DNA of 64,000 nt, taken from NCBI GenBank assembly GCA_964604135.1, contig CAZRXU010000001.1:16535-80534 (forward strand). Reading direction: 5' to 3'. A program made the translations under genes and the position numbers. A model generated the notes under the pieces. That model had not been told where the DNA came from. It saw only the letters and a program-made list of their open reading frames with translations, and did no database searches. This document shows positions 42,391-51,163 of the stretch, piece after piece (position 1 is the first letter of the stretch; every line of letters begins with the position of its first letter). Origin of the DNA: an uncultured bacterium (lineage in GTDB: Bacteria > Fermentibacterota > Fermentibacteria > Fermentibacterales > JCC-6).

Positions 42391-43542
42391 ATGGAACTTT
42401 CAAACCGGTTTGTTGCTGTTGCTTCGTTGCTGCTGGTTTTTGCTTTCATCACCCTGAAGCCGCCGACTGTAACCCGGGGTTCTTCCCACGGAGTATGGAG
42501 GGGAGAGCTTACAACGGTTACAGCAAAAGGTGGCATGATTAGAACAGGAACAGGGAACTACTGGGTTTCAAGCAGTCTGCTGGCAAAAGAAGTGTTGCGT
42601 GGAGACTCACTGCTTGTACTGGGGTACCGCAGTGGAATGTTCATCACCCCTTTTGGTATCAGATCGAAGTTGTCGGGCTCTTTTGTCTCCGGTATTCGCC
42701 GTAGTTATCAGCGCCAGCTTCAGGCTACCATTTCAGATTCCGTTGCCCGGGGTCTTACCGGAGGGTTGGTCATGGGGCTCAGGGGGATGATACCACCCAA
42801 AACAGCCAGTTTGTTCAAACAGTCGGGAACCTCGCATCTGCTGGCTCTGTCCGGGCTTCACACGGGAATTGTCGCATTGGTTCTTCTGTTTCTTGCGAAG
42901 CTTGTTTTCGGGAAAGGTTTTGTCTCCGGTTGGGCTGCAGTAACCGGGATAGTTGTTTTTACTGTTCTATCCGGGGGAAGGGCATCTACGGTACGGGCTG
43001 GAATAATGGCTTCTTCTGTGGTGCTGTGGCTCAGCTACCGTGGTGGAAAAGTGCACCTGCTTACACTGTGGTGGGTTGCGCTTGCTGTGTCTGTCATAAT
43101 CAAGCCAGGCATACTGTCAGACAGGGGGGCTCAGATGTCCTACGGGGCAGTTCTTTCGCTTATTTTATTCGGCGGCAACTTAAGGGGCAGGTTTTCGGTT
43201 GTTCTGGCTCCACTGTACGCCGGAGTTACAGTTACAGTGTGTCTCGCACCTCTTATAACTGCTGTTTACGGGGGTTTTTCATGGACAGGCCCTGTTGCCA
43301 CCGCGGTTTCGCTTCCATTCATGCTGGCCGTGATGGCGCTTGGTCTTTTGAGTTCAGCAGGAATTACTGTGGTCTGTGTTCTTTTGAACCCTGTCACTCA
43401 TCTGTGGATGAATACACTGGAGCTGTTTCAGTGTACACCGGTTACACTCTCTCCCGGTCTGATGTACCCAGTATGGGCATTCCTGCTTGTGTGTTTAAGG
43501 GTTATCTCCAGGTGGAACCGGTTCAACAGAAGGTTCAGATAA
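42391..43542 (+). CDS. comEC: ComEC/Rec2-family competence membrane protein (DUF4131 + competence domain; no beta-lactamase-like domain)
   Basis: N-terminal TM plus OB-like region. HLLALSGLHTGIVALVLLFL core competence motif. Multiple TM helices. Confidence 0.75.
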   Translation: MELSNRFVAVASLLLVFAFITLKPPTVTRGSSHGVWRGELTTVTAKGGMIRTGTGNYWVSSSLLAKEVLRGDSLLVLGYRSGMFITPFGIRSKLSGSFVSGIRRSYQRQLQATISDSVARGLTGGLVMGLRGMIPPKTASLFKQSGTSHLLALSGLHTGIVALVLLFLAKLVFGKGFVSGWAAVTGIVVFTVLSGGRASTVRAGIMASSVVLWLSYRGGKVHLLTLWWVALAVSVIIKPGILSDRGAQMSYGAVLSLILFGGNLRGRFSVVLAPLYAGVTVTVCLAPLITAVYGGFSWTGPVATAVSLPFMLAVMALGLLSSAGITVVCVLLNPVTHLWMNTLELFQCTPVTLSPGLMYPVWAFLLVCLRVISRWNRFNRRFR

Positions 43543-44455
43543 AAGTGTATCAGAAGGCAGGCTGTCTGCTTCAAAAGAAACTGAATCTTCAGGTGTTTCC
43601 TCGGCAGTTACAGTATCAACGACCATCACAACATCAACAGCGGGAAAAGAGTCTACCGCAGTGGTATAGGCCTCTACAGTGGTATCGGCTTCAACCACTT
43701 CCGGAAGGGAATCTTCCAAGGCTGTAGTTTCAGGTTCTTCAACCACCTCCGGAACGGTATCTACTGGAACGGGCGACGCAGATTCATCTCTTACAAATCT
43801 GATGAAAATTGAACCCACATTGTCTAGAGCCCCTTCAAGGTTATCAAGACCCACTGCCTCAAATTCTGCGCCAAGGGGCAGATCAATGGTCATCGTATCA
43901 CCGGGGAAAAGCGTCCACGCATCTCTCACATTACCGGGAAAATGCCCGATCAGTATTGTCAGGCCGTCGTAGTTCTGAAGGTTTTCGCCTTCGACTGCGA
44001 TTGTGTAGCTGCCTGCAGGCAGTGAGAGGAACCGGGATCTCTCAAGAATGGCAAGATGGTAAGCGCTGGACACTGTTATAGTGGGTGTTACCTCAAGAAT
44101 TACGGGAAGAAACCTAACTGTGTCTGTGGCTGATGGTGTTACCACAACAACTGTTACGCTGTCTATATATCCCGGGGATGCCTGCCATGTAACACTTCTG
44201 CCGTAAGCTTCTGACGAACCTGTGCTTGTGAACTCGCCTGAGCTGCAGGACCACACTGCCTGGGCACCGTCCGGTAGAATTGTAGAGAGATAGGCTGTTC
44301 CATCTCCCGAAGGATCGATGGACGCGAGAATTTGAACAGGATCGTTCAACTGCCCGAGACTTTCCTTAACCAGGTAGGTTAGAAGAAGAGCCACAGGAAG
44401 AAGAATCGGGAGAAGCACCGGAAGCAGCTGTTTGATTTTTCCTTTTCTTGCCATA
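43495..44455 (-). CDS. Hypothetical signal-anchored protein with Ig-like beta domain and acidic Pro/Glu/Val-rich C-terminus
   Basis: MARKGKIKQLLPVLLPILLPVALLLTYLV signal-anchor. No enzymatic motif. Convergent 48 nt overlap with comEC. Confidence 0.45.
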
Positions 44456-44498
44456 GTACGGGGAATATAGTTTCTCAAACACGGGAAAGGAAACAATC

Positions 44499-45521
44499 GT
44501 GCAGAACACAATGGAGTTTCTTATGCAGCTTCTCAGAACGAGGAGCGTTACAGGGAACACGGATATGGTACTTGAGATTGTAAAAAACCGCATGACTTCC
44601 CTGGGCCTTAAAGTTATAGTGACCAACAAAGGCTCCCTGATTGCATCTATGGAAGGGACAACAGACGATTCTGCTGTTATCAGTGCGCACCTGGATACTC
44701 TTGGAGCTGTAGTGTCAAAGATTGAGACTGGTGGAAAACTGAAGTACCATATCGTGGGTGGGTTTACTGCCAGCAGCATAGAGGGCGAATACTGCTCGGT
44801 TGAAACATTTTCAGGTAAGCTGATTCCCGGTACGATTCTTTATAAAAACACCTCGGTTCATGTACACGGCAGGGAAAAAAGCAGCGCGAAAAGATCACAC
44901 GAAGACATGTACATAAGGCTTGATGATAAAGCAGGTTCTTCTGAAGAGGTAATAAAGCTTGGTGTGAGCGTAGGAAACTACATACATTTTGAGCCAAGAG
45001 CTCAGCATCTGGACACAGGTTACGTAAAGAGCCGTCACATTGACGACAAAGCCGGAGTAGCTGTGCTTGTGGCAGCAGCAGAAAGACTTGTTAAAATGAA
45101 GGTAAAACCCCAGAGGAACATCCATTTCCTGTTTACAGTTCATGAGGAGGTTGGTCACGGTGCAGCAGGTTGGCTTCCGGAAAATGTTTCCGACTTTCTG
45201 GCTGTAGACATGGGTGTGTGCGGTGCAGACCAGACTTCAGATGAAAGAAAAGTAACCGTGTGCGCAGCAGACAGTTCCGGTCCGTACAACTATGAGCTCA
45301 CGAAACATCTCATCAACCTGTCGGAAATGAATGGTATTCCATATGTTGTGGATACTTTTCCGTTCTACGGGTCCGATGCCGGAGCTGCAATGAGAATGGG
45401 GCTTGATGCAAGGCACGCTCTCGTGGGGCCTGGTGTTGATACCTCACACTCAATTGAGAGAACACACGAAGAGGCAATCAAGGCAACAATCGATCTGGTA
45501 ACGATCTTTGCTATGGAGTAA
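44499..45521 (+). CDS. M42-family metallo-aminopeptidase (FrvX/CelM-like)
   Basis: Collinear with M42 peptidases: SAHLDTLGAVV, HIDDKAGVAVLV, HEEVGHGAAG metal-binding regions. Confidence 0.8.
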   Translation: MQNTMEFLMQLLRTRSVTGNTDMVLEIVKNRMTSLGLKVIVTNKGSLIASMEGTTDDSAVISAHLDTLGAVVSKIETGGKLKYHIVGGFTASSIEGEYCSVETFSGKLIPGTILYKNTSVHVHGREKSSAKRSHEDMYIRLDDKAGSSEEVIKLGVSVGNYIHFEPRAQHLDTGYVKSRHIDDKAGVAVLVAAAERLVKMKVKPQRNIHFLFTVHEEVGHGAAGWLPENVSDFLAVDMGVCGADQTSDERKVTVCAADSSGPYNYELTKHLINLSEMNGIPYVVDTFPFYGSDAGAAMRMGLDARHALVGPGVDTSHSIERTHEEAIKATIDLVTIFAME

Positions 45522-46056
45522 GAATCAGTCTGACGGCAGATATCACAGAGTCAGTTACATAATCGGGAAGGGGAAGGTTTTCTGTGGTTATCTTCTCGAG
45601 CTGAGTCTGTCCACGCCCGGAAAGAACCAGTACTGTTTTAAGACCAGCCCTTCTTCCAAGCTCCATATCACTTTCAGCGTCACCTATCATCCAACCACCG
45701 GAAGGCAGGTTAAGCTCGTGTCTGGCCTGGTTAATCATGCCAGTCTCGGGTTTTCTGCAACCACATTTTTCGTTGGGGCGGTGGGGGCAGTAGTAGATGG
45801 CTGCGTCGTTTACACCAGCTGCAGCAAAGGCACTTTGAAGCACATCATGGATAAGCTCAACATCTTCAGCAGTGTAGAGCCCTCTGCCTATACCCGACTG
45901 GTTTGTAACAACAATGATTCGGTGACCCGCCCTGTGAAGAGATGCAATGGCGGCTACAGCTCCGGGATATGGCCTCCACTCTGAGGGGCTTTTTACATAG
46001 TCGGCTCTGTTTTCGTTTATAACTCCGTCTCTGTCCAGAAAAATAGGAAGCTTCAT
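45511..46056 (-). CDS. gmhB: D-glycero-D-manno-heptose 1,7-bisphosphate phosphatase (HAD-IIIA)
   Basis: IFLDRDGVIN HAD motif I. VVTNQSGIGRG motif. Cys-rich zinc site CPHRPNEKCGCRKP typical of GmhB. Confidence 0.85.
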   Translation of the reverse strand: MKLPIFLDRDGVINENRADYVKSPSEWRPYPGAVAAIASLHRAGHRIIVVTNQSGIGRGLYTAEDVELIHDVLQSAFAAAGVNDAAIYYCPHRPNEKCGCRKPETGMINQARHELNLPSGGWMIGDAESDMELGRRAGLKTVLVLSGRGQTQLEKITTENLPLPDYVTDSVISAVRLILTP

Positions 46057-46991
46057 CGGGAAACTCTGGTTCTGTGGTACTCAACAAGGTCTTTAAGACC
46101 TTCCTCAAAAGGGATTTCAGCTTTCCAGTTAAGGAGGGAGTTTGCTTTTGTCGGATCAAGAGCAACTTTCAGTATTTCCTCTGCAAGCGCCGGGCCGTAC
46201 GAAGGCTTAAGATCGGTGCCCACGTATCCCCGGATGATCCTGTCAAGCTCTTCCACAGAGCTTCCCTTTCCCCAGCCAATATTGAATATCTCTCCGTCAA
46301 TGTCTGAGCGCGATAGATCCATGGCAGCCTGATTTGCTTTGGCAATATCCTTCACATGAACGTAATCACGGAGCTGCTGACCGTCTCCATTGATAACGGG
46401 GGCTTCACCGCGAAGGTACTTCACGGTAAATATCGCTGTTACACCGGCCTCGCCGAATGGGTTCTGCCTGGGGCCGTAAACATTCGGGTATCTGAGTACT
46501 ACGTAGTTAAGTTTGTAGAGGTATCTGTACAGGAAGAGGTAGTGTTCCACCGTGTGCTTGCTTATTCCGTAGTGGCAGATGGGGTTTATCGGGTGGTCTT
46601 CCCTTACGGGGATGTACTGAGGTTCGCCGTATACTGCTCCGCCTGTTGATGCGTACACAACCCTCTTTACATTGCCTTTAATAGCGGCTTCAAGAATGTT
46701 CAGCGTTCCCTTGATGTTTACATCGGCGTCAAACTGGGGTTCTCTCACAGATCTGCGGACATCCATCTGAGCAGCATGATGGCACACAATATCGAAGCCG
46801 CCGTTTTCAATGAGCCCGGCAGCATCTTCCGACCTAACATCCAGCTCGTGAAGGGTGATACCGTCTGAAATATTGTCTTTGAACCCGGTGGACAGATCGT
46901 CGAGAACATGCACGGAATGACCGGCTTCCATAAGGGTGTCTGCGATGTTGGATCCGATAAAACCTGCTCCGCCTGTGATGAGAATTTTCAA
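46053..46991 (-). CDS. NAD-dependent epimerase/dehydratase (extended SDR; GalE/WbpP-like)
   Basis: Rossmann ILITGGAGFIGSN. YxxxK ICHYGISK. TTG start with GGAGG RBS at 46991. The track's longer ORF start was rejected. 4 nt overlap with gmhB. Confidence 0.8.
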   Translation of the reverse strand: MKILITGGAGFIGSNIADTLMEAGHSVHVLDDLSTGFKDNISDGITLHELDVRSEDAAGLIENGGFDIVCHHAAQMDVRRSVREPQFDADVNIKGTLNILEAAIKGNVKRVVYASTGGAVYGEPQYIPVREDHPINPICHYGISKHTVEHYLFLYRYLYKLNYVVLRYPNVYGPRQNPFGEAGVTAIFTVKYLRGEAPVINGDGQQLRDYVHVKDIAKANQAAMDLSRSDIDGEIFNIGWGKGSSVEELDRIIRGYVGTDLKPSYGPALAEEILKVALDPTKANSLLNWKAEIPFEEGLKDLVEYHRTRVSR

Positions 46992-47107
46992 GTGTAAACC
47001 TCCGTGATTGGTTCTAAGCAATACTGCAATGGGCGAATATACCAAAGATAGACCTTGCATGTTGTTCCCTTTTATAATCACCACTACCGGCAGACAAGGA
47101 GGTTTTC

Positions 47108-48142
47108 ATGAGGGTTCTGGTTGTGTCCGGCGGAAGATCGGCCGAAAGGGAGATAAGTCTTCGATCCGCCAGGTGGGTGTTGGGAGAGCTCGAGGCGGCG
47201 GGGCACGTAGTTCTGGGGGTAACTATAAGCAGTGAAGGAATATGGACACCTGCTGAATCGTCTGGAAGCCTATCGATTGAGGCAGGCTGTTTTCCTTGGA
47301 AGCTGGTATCTAACGGGAAAGAAGTTGTTTTTGATGTGGTGTTTCCTGTTCTGCACGGTGTCTACGGTGAAGATGGTACTGTGCAGGGGATGTGTGCCAC
47401 TGCAGGATGGCCTTGTGCCGGTACTCCAGTTATGGGCTCTGCTGTTGCCATAGAGAAAAACACGCTGAAGAACCTGGCTTCAAAGGCGGGTATTCCAGTG
47501 GTTCCATGGGTGTTTATTGACGAAAGTACAGAACTTTCAGCTGAAGCATTGATAGACGATATTGCCGCTCTTGGCTTTCCACTGTTTGTAAAACCTTCCC
47601 GTCTTGGTTCAAGTGTTGGAGTGGGGAAGGCGGAAAACGCTGAAGAGCTGGCTAGAGCAATACAGCAGGCGTTAAACTACGACTCTATGATTCTTGTCGA
47701 AAAGGCGGTGGAATCTCCCAGAGAAATTGAAGTCAGCGTGATTGGTAACGGTGCTCAGGTATTCAGTTCTCTGCCGGGGGAGGTACTTCCAGAGAGAGAG
47801 TGGTACGATTACACGGCAAAGTATGTAAGCGGCGATTCAAAGCTGGCTGTTCCTGCTGATCTTTCCGATGCAGTGCAGCAGAATATCCGGATGATGGCCG
47901 TAAAGGTCTTTCGTCTGCTGGGCAGCCGGGGGTTTGCCAGGGTGGATTTTTTTGTAAATGAAAACGGTATCTGGCTTAATGAGGTAAACACTATTCCCGG
48001 TTTTACAAGTGTAAGCATGTTTCCCAAACTGTGGGCGGCAACCGGAATGAATTCTGAAAAGTTGCTAAGTTTTATTCTAGAGGAGGCTGTTTCAAGAGAT
48101 GAATACGGTTTGGGAAGGGAAAACGATGAACTGCAGTCTTGA
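47108..48142 (+). CDS. ddl: D-alanine--D-alanine ligase
   Basis: MRVLVVSGGRSAEREISLRSA N-terminus. ATP-grasp motifs (FPLFVKPSRLGSSVGV, ARVDFFV, LNEVNTIPG). Confidence 0.92.
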   Translation: MRVLVVSGGRSAEREISLRSARWVLGELEAAGHVVLGVTISSEGIWTPAESSGSLSIEAGCFPWKLVSNGKEVVFDVVFPVLHGVYGEDGTVQGMCATAGWPCAGTPVMGSAVAIEKNTLKNLASKAGIPVVPWVFIDESTELSAEALIDDIAALGFPLFVKPSRLGSSVGVGKAENAEELARAIQQALNYDSMILVEKAVESPREIEVSVIGNGAQVFSSLPGEVLPEREWYDYTAKYVSGDSKLAVPADLSDAVQQNIRMMAVKVFRLLGSRGFARVDFFVNENGIWLNEVNTIPGFTSVSMFPKLWAATGMNSEKLLSFILEEAVSRDEYGLGRENDELQS

Positions 48143-49151
48143 ACTGAGAAGCGATACTTTCTCAATACCAACCGATCCCATGAGAAATGCCATGGCGCAG
48201 GCTGAAGTAGGCGATGACGTTTTCAGGGAAGACCCTACAATAAACTCGCTGGAGCAGAGAGTAGCAGAGCTTCTTGGGAAACAGGCCGCTCTTTTTGTGC
48301 CGTCGGGAACAATGGGAAACGGGCTTGCAATCAGGTCTCTTGTTTCCCCGGGGCAACGCGTGCTCTGCGGATCGAAGAGCCATGTTTACAATTTCGAGGG
48401 TGATCAGTTCGCCCTTAACTGCGGTATTCAGATGCACAGGCTTGATGAAGAAGCCAGCGGTATGATACCGTATGAAAAGATACAGACTGCCCTTGAAATA
48501 CCCAAGAACATACACCGTGCTCCGGTAGCTGTTCTGGCACTTGAGAACACTCACAATTTTCAGGGAGGAACAATACTGCCGCAGAATGAAGTTGTGGAAG
48601 CATGTTCCCTTGCCCGTTCAAGAGGTGTCCGAACATACCTTGACGGAGCGCGTCTGTGGCATACCCATGCAGCCACAGGGATTCCACTGAATGAGCTGGT
48701 GCTGCCGTTCGATATGGTCTCGCTGTGTTTTTCCAAAGCTCTGGGTGCTCCTGTCGGTTCAATAGTTGCAGGATCTTTTGACCTTGTAGATAGAGCCAGA
48801 TGGTTCAGGAAGAGGATGGGCGGCGGAATGAGACAGGCAGGTATTCTGGGTGCTGCATGTCACTACGCTCTTGACCACAATCTGCCCAGGCTGGAGATTA
48901 CCCATGAATACGCCATGAAGCTGGCCGAAGCATTCAGATCCAGGGGCAGGTTCGGGGTTACCAGGGTGGATACTAATATTGTTATACTGAAAACACAGCA
49001 GGGTAAGGCTGCAGACCTTGCTTCAAAACTTGCTGAGCTGAACATTGCCGTTCTGGCAATAGACAGCAGTTCTGTGCGTTTTGTAACACATCTTTCTTTG
49101 GATCCTGAATGTGTGGACGAAGCTGCAGAAACAATTGAAAGGGAGTTATAG
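48126..49151 (+). CDS. ltaE: Low-specificity L-threonine aldolase (PLP-dependent beta-eliminating lyase family)
   Basis: LRSDTFSIPTDPMRNAMAQAEVGDDVF ... PSGTMGNGLAI ... FSKALGAPVGS (PLP Lys). Start at the internal ATG overlapping the ddl 3' end. Confidence 0.78.
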   Translation: MNCSLELRSDTFSIPTDPMRNAMAQAEVGDDVFREDPTINSLEQRVAELLGKQAALFVPSGTMGNGLAIRSLVSPGQRVLCGSKSHVYNFEGDQFALNCGIQMHRLDEEASGMIPYEKIQTALEIPKNIHRAPVAVLALENTHNFQGGTILPQNEVVEACSLARSRGVRTYLDGARLWHTHAATGIPLNELVLPFDMVSLCFSKALGAPVGSIVAGSFDLVDRARWFRKRMGGGMRQAGILGAACHYALDHNLPRLEITHEYAMKLAEAFRSRGRFGVTRVDTNIVILKTQQGKAADLASKLAELNIAVLAIDSSSVRFVTHLSLDPECVDEAAETIEREL

Positions 49152-50069
49152 ATGAAAGCAGGAGTGACCGGAGTTGGTCATCTCGGTTTCCATCATGCCA
49201 GAATAATGAAAATTCTGGCTGATGAAGTAATGATTCACGACACAGATCCGGTTCGTCTGCAGAAAGTTTCAGAAGAACTTGGAATTCGGGCAGCGAGTTC
49301 TGTTGAGGAGCTTGTTGAATGGGCAGATGCGCTTGACGTTTCCTGCACTACTTCCGCCCACTATGAAGTGGTGCAGACTGCTCTTAAAAAGGGTGTTCCT
49401 GTTCTTGTAGAGAAACCCATTGCAGCCACTGTGGAGCAGGGTACCGAGATGGTTGAAACAGCTGATGAAAAAGGTCTTGTGCTTGCAGTGGGGCACATAG
49501 AAAGGTTCAACCCCGCAATGATTGCAGTGAACAATGCCATACAGAAACCGATCTTCATGGAAGGTCACCGTCTGGCCGGTTTCAGTGTTCGCGCCACAGA
49601 TGTTTCGGTTGTAATGGATCTGATGATACACGACATAGACATTGTTCTGTGGAAAGCGGCATCTCCTGTAGCCGAGATCCACGCCTCCGGTGTGCCGGTG
49701 CTTACAGAGACTGTGGATATTTGCAATGCCAGAATCCTGTTCGAGAACGGTGCTGTGGCAAACCTTACTGCCAGCAGAATTTCAGCAGCGCCCAAGAGAA
49801 AACTCCGCTTCTTCCAGAAGCACGGTTACGTGTCTGTAGACTTTGCTGCCCGGGAGGTAACAGCGCTGCAGCTCAAGGGTGGTTCAATAGTTCCCGTACC
49901 GGTAACCGTTCTGGAAAGTGATGCTCTCACAGCTGAAATCAGAAGCTTTTTAAGTGCGGTTACAGACAAAACACCTGTTGCTGTGTCCGGCAGGGAGGGG
50001 CTGAAAGCCCTTACTGCAGCAGCGGCAATACTGGAGAAATCCGAGAAGAGCATTCTCAACCTTCCATGA
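49152..50069 (+). CDS. Gfo/Idh/MocA-family NAD(P)-dependent oxidoreductase
   Basis: N-terminal Rossmann GVTGVGHLGFHHA. EKP motif VLVEKP. Immediately upstream of lpxB and overlapping it by 4 nt. Confidence 0.75.
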   Translation: MKAGVTGVGHLGFHHARIMKILADEVMIHDTDPVRLQKVSEELGIRAASSVEELVEWADALDVSCTTSAHYEVVQTALKKGVPVLVEKPIAATVEQGTEMVETADEKGLVLAVGHIERFNPAMIAVNNAIQKPIFMEGHRLAGFSVRATDVSVVMDLMIHDIDIVLWKAASPVAEIHASGVPVLTETVDICNARILFENGAVANLTASRISAAPKRKLRFFQKHGYVSVDFAAREVTALQLKGGSIVPVPVTVLESDALTAEIRSFLSAVTDKTPVAVSGREGLKALTAAAAILEKSEKSILNLP

Positions 50070-51163
50070 AACTGCTTGTATCCGCAGGAGAAGCTTCAGG
50101 AGACCAGAGGGCGGCAGAGGTTCTAGCCGTCCTTAACCGGACTGAACCGGTGAATGCTTTCGGCCTGGGAGGAAACATGCTTGCCGCCGGGGGAATGAAA
50201 GTCAACCATCACTTAAGCAGTTATGCGGTTATGGGATTCGGAGAAATACTGTTTTCTCTGGGAAAATTTCTTAAACTGGAAAAAAGTCTCAAAGCTCTGT
50301 GCCTGAGGGAACAACCGGATTGTGTTCTTCTTGTGGACTACCCTGGATTCAACATGCGTTTCGGCAGGTGGGCAAAGAAGCACGGTTTTCCTGTGGTGCA
50401 CTACGTTGCTCCGCAGATGTGGGCATGGGGTGCGTGGCGCGCACGGAAACTGAAGAAGAGCACACACATCCTGCTTACACTGTTTGCCTTCGAAGTTCCT
50501 TTCTTCAGAAGCAGAGGGATAAAAGCAGTGTTTACAGGGCATCCGCTGAAAAAGCTCATACCGGTTCCCTTGCCAGGAGGTGATGCACTGGGTTTACTGC
50601 CTGGAAGCAGACATCAGGAGGTACACTATCTGCTGCCGTCAATGCTTGAGGCCTTTAAAACTCTTCGCGCAAGAGGGGTTGTAAACAAGGCACTGGTTGC
50701 TGTTTCAGCACACATTAACAGAGACATATACGCTGAAGCTGAAGCCACACAGGGTGTGGAGCTTGTCACGGGAACGAAGAAAGTACTTGCAGGTTCACGT
50801 GCTGCACTGGTGTGTTCCGGTACTGCCACACTGGAAACCGCACTCTCTGGTGTTCCGTTCGTTGTGTGCTACAGAACCGGTGCCTTTAGCTACGCACTTG
50901 CAAAGCTCCTGGTGAAGGGTGTTAAAAGAATTGGTCTTGCAAACATCATCGCCGGAACAGATGTGGCCGCAGAGCTGATACAGAACGATGTTACACCGCA
51001 GAACATCATCAGCCGTATTGAACCTCTGTTAAGCAGCAGAACTGCAGCAGAAGTTGCCCGAAAAAAGTTCCTGCTTGTTGGAGATGCCCTGGGTAACGGA
51101 GATCCTGCCGGGAACGCTGCTGCTGCAATACTGGAATTTGTTAGGGAATTCGATGAGAGATGA
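50066..51163 (+). CDS. lpxB: Lipid-A-disaccharide synthase
   Basis: MKLLVSAGEASGDQRAAEVL N-terminus typical of LpxB. GT19-like layout. 365 aa. Confidence 0.88.
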   Translation: MKLLVSAGEASGDQRAAEVLAVLNRTEPVNAFGLGGNMLAAGGMKVNHHLSSYAVMGFGEILFSLGKFLKLEKSLKALCLREQPDCVLLVDYPGFNMRFGRWAKKHGFPVVHYVAPQMWAWGAWRARKLKKSTHILLTLFAFEVPFFRSRGIKAVFTGHPLKKLIPVPLPGGDALGLLPGSRHQEVHYLLPSMLEAFKTLRARGVVNKALVAVSAHINRDIYAEAEATQGVELVTGTKKVLAGSRAALVCSGTATLETALSGVPFVVCYRTGAFSYALAKLLVKGVKRIGLANIIAGTDVAAELIQNDVTPQNIISRIEPLLSSRTAAEVARKKFLLVGDALGNGDPAGNAAAAILEFVREFDER

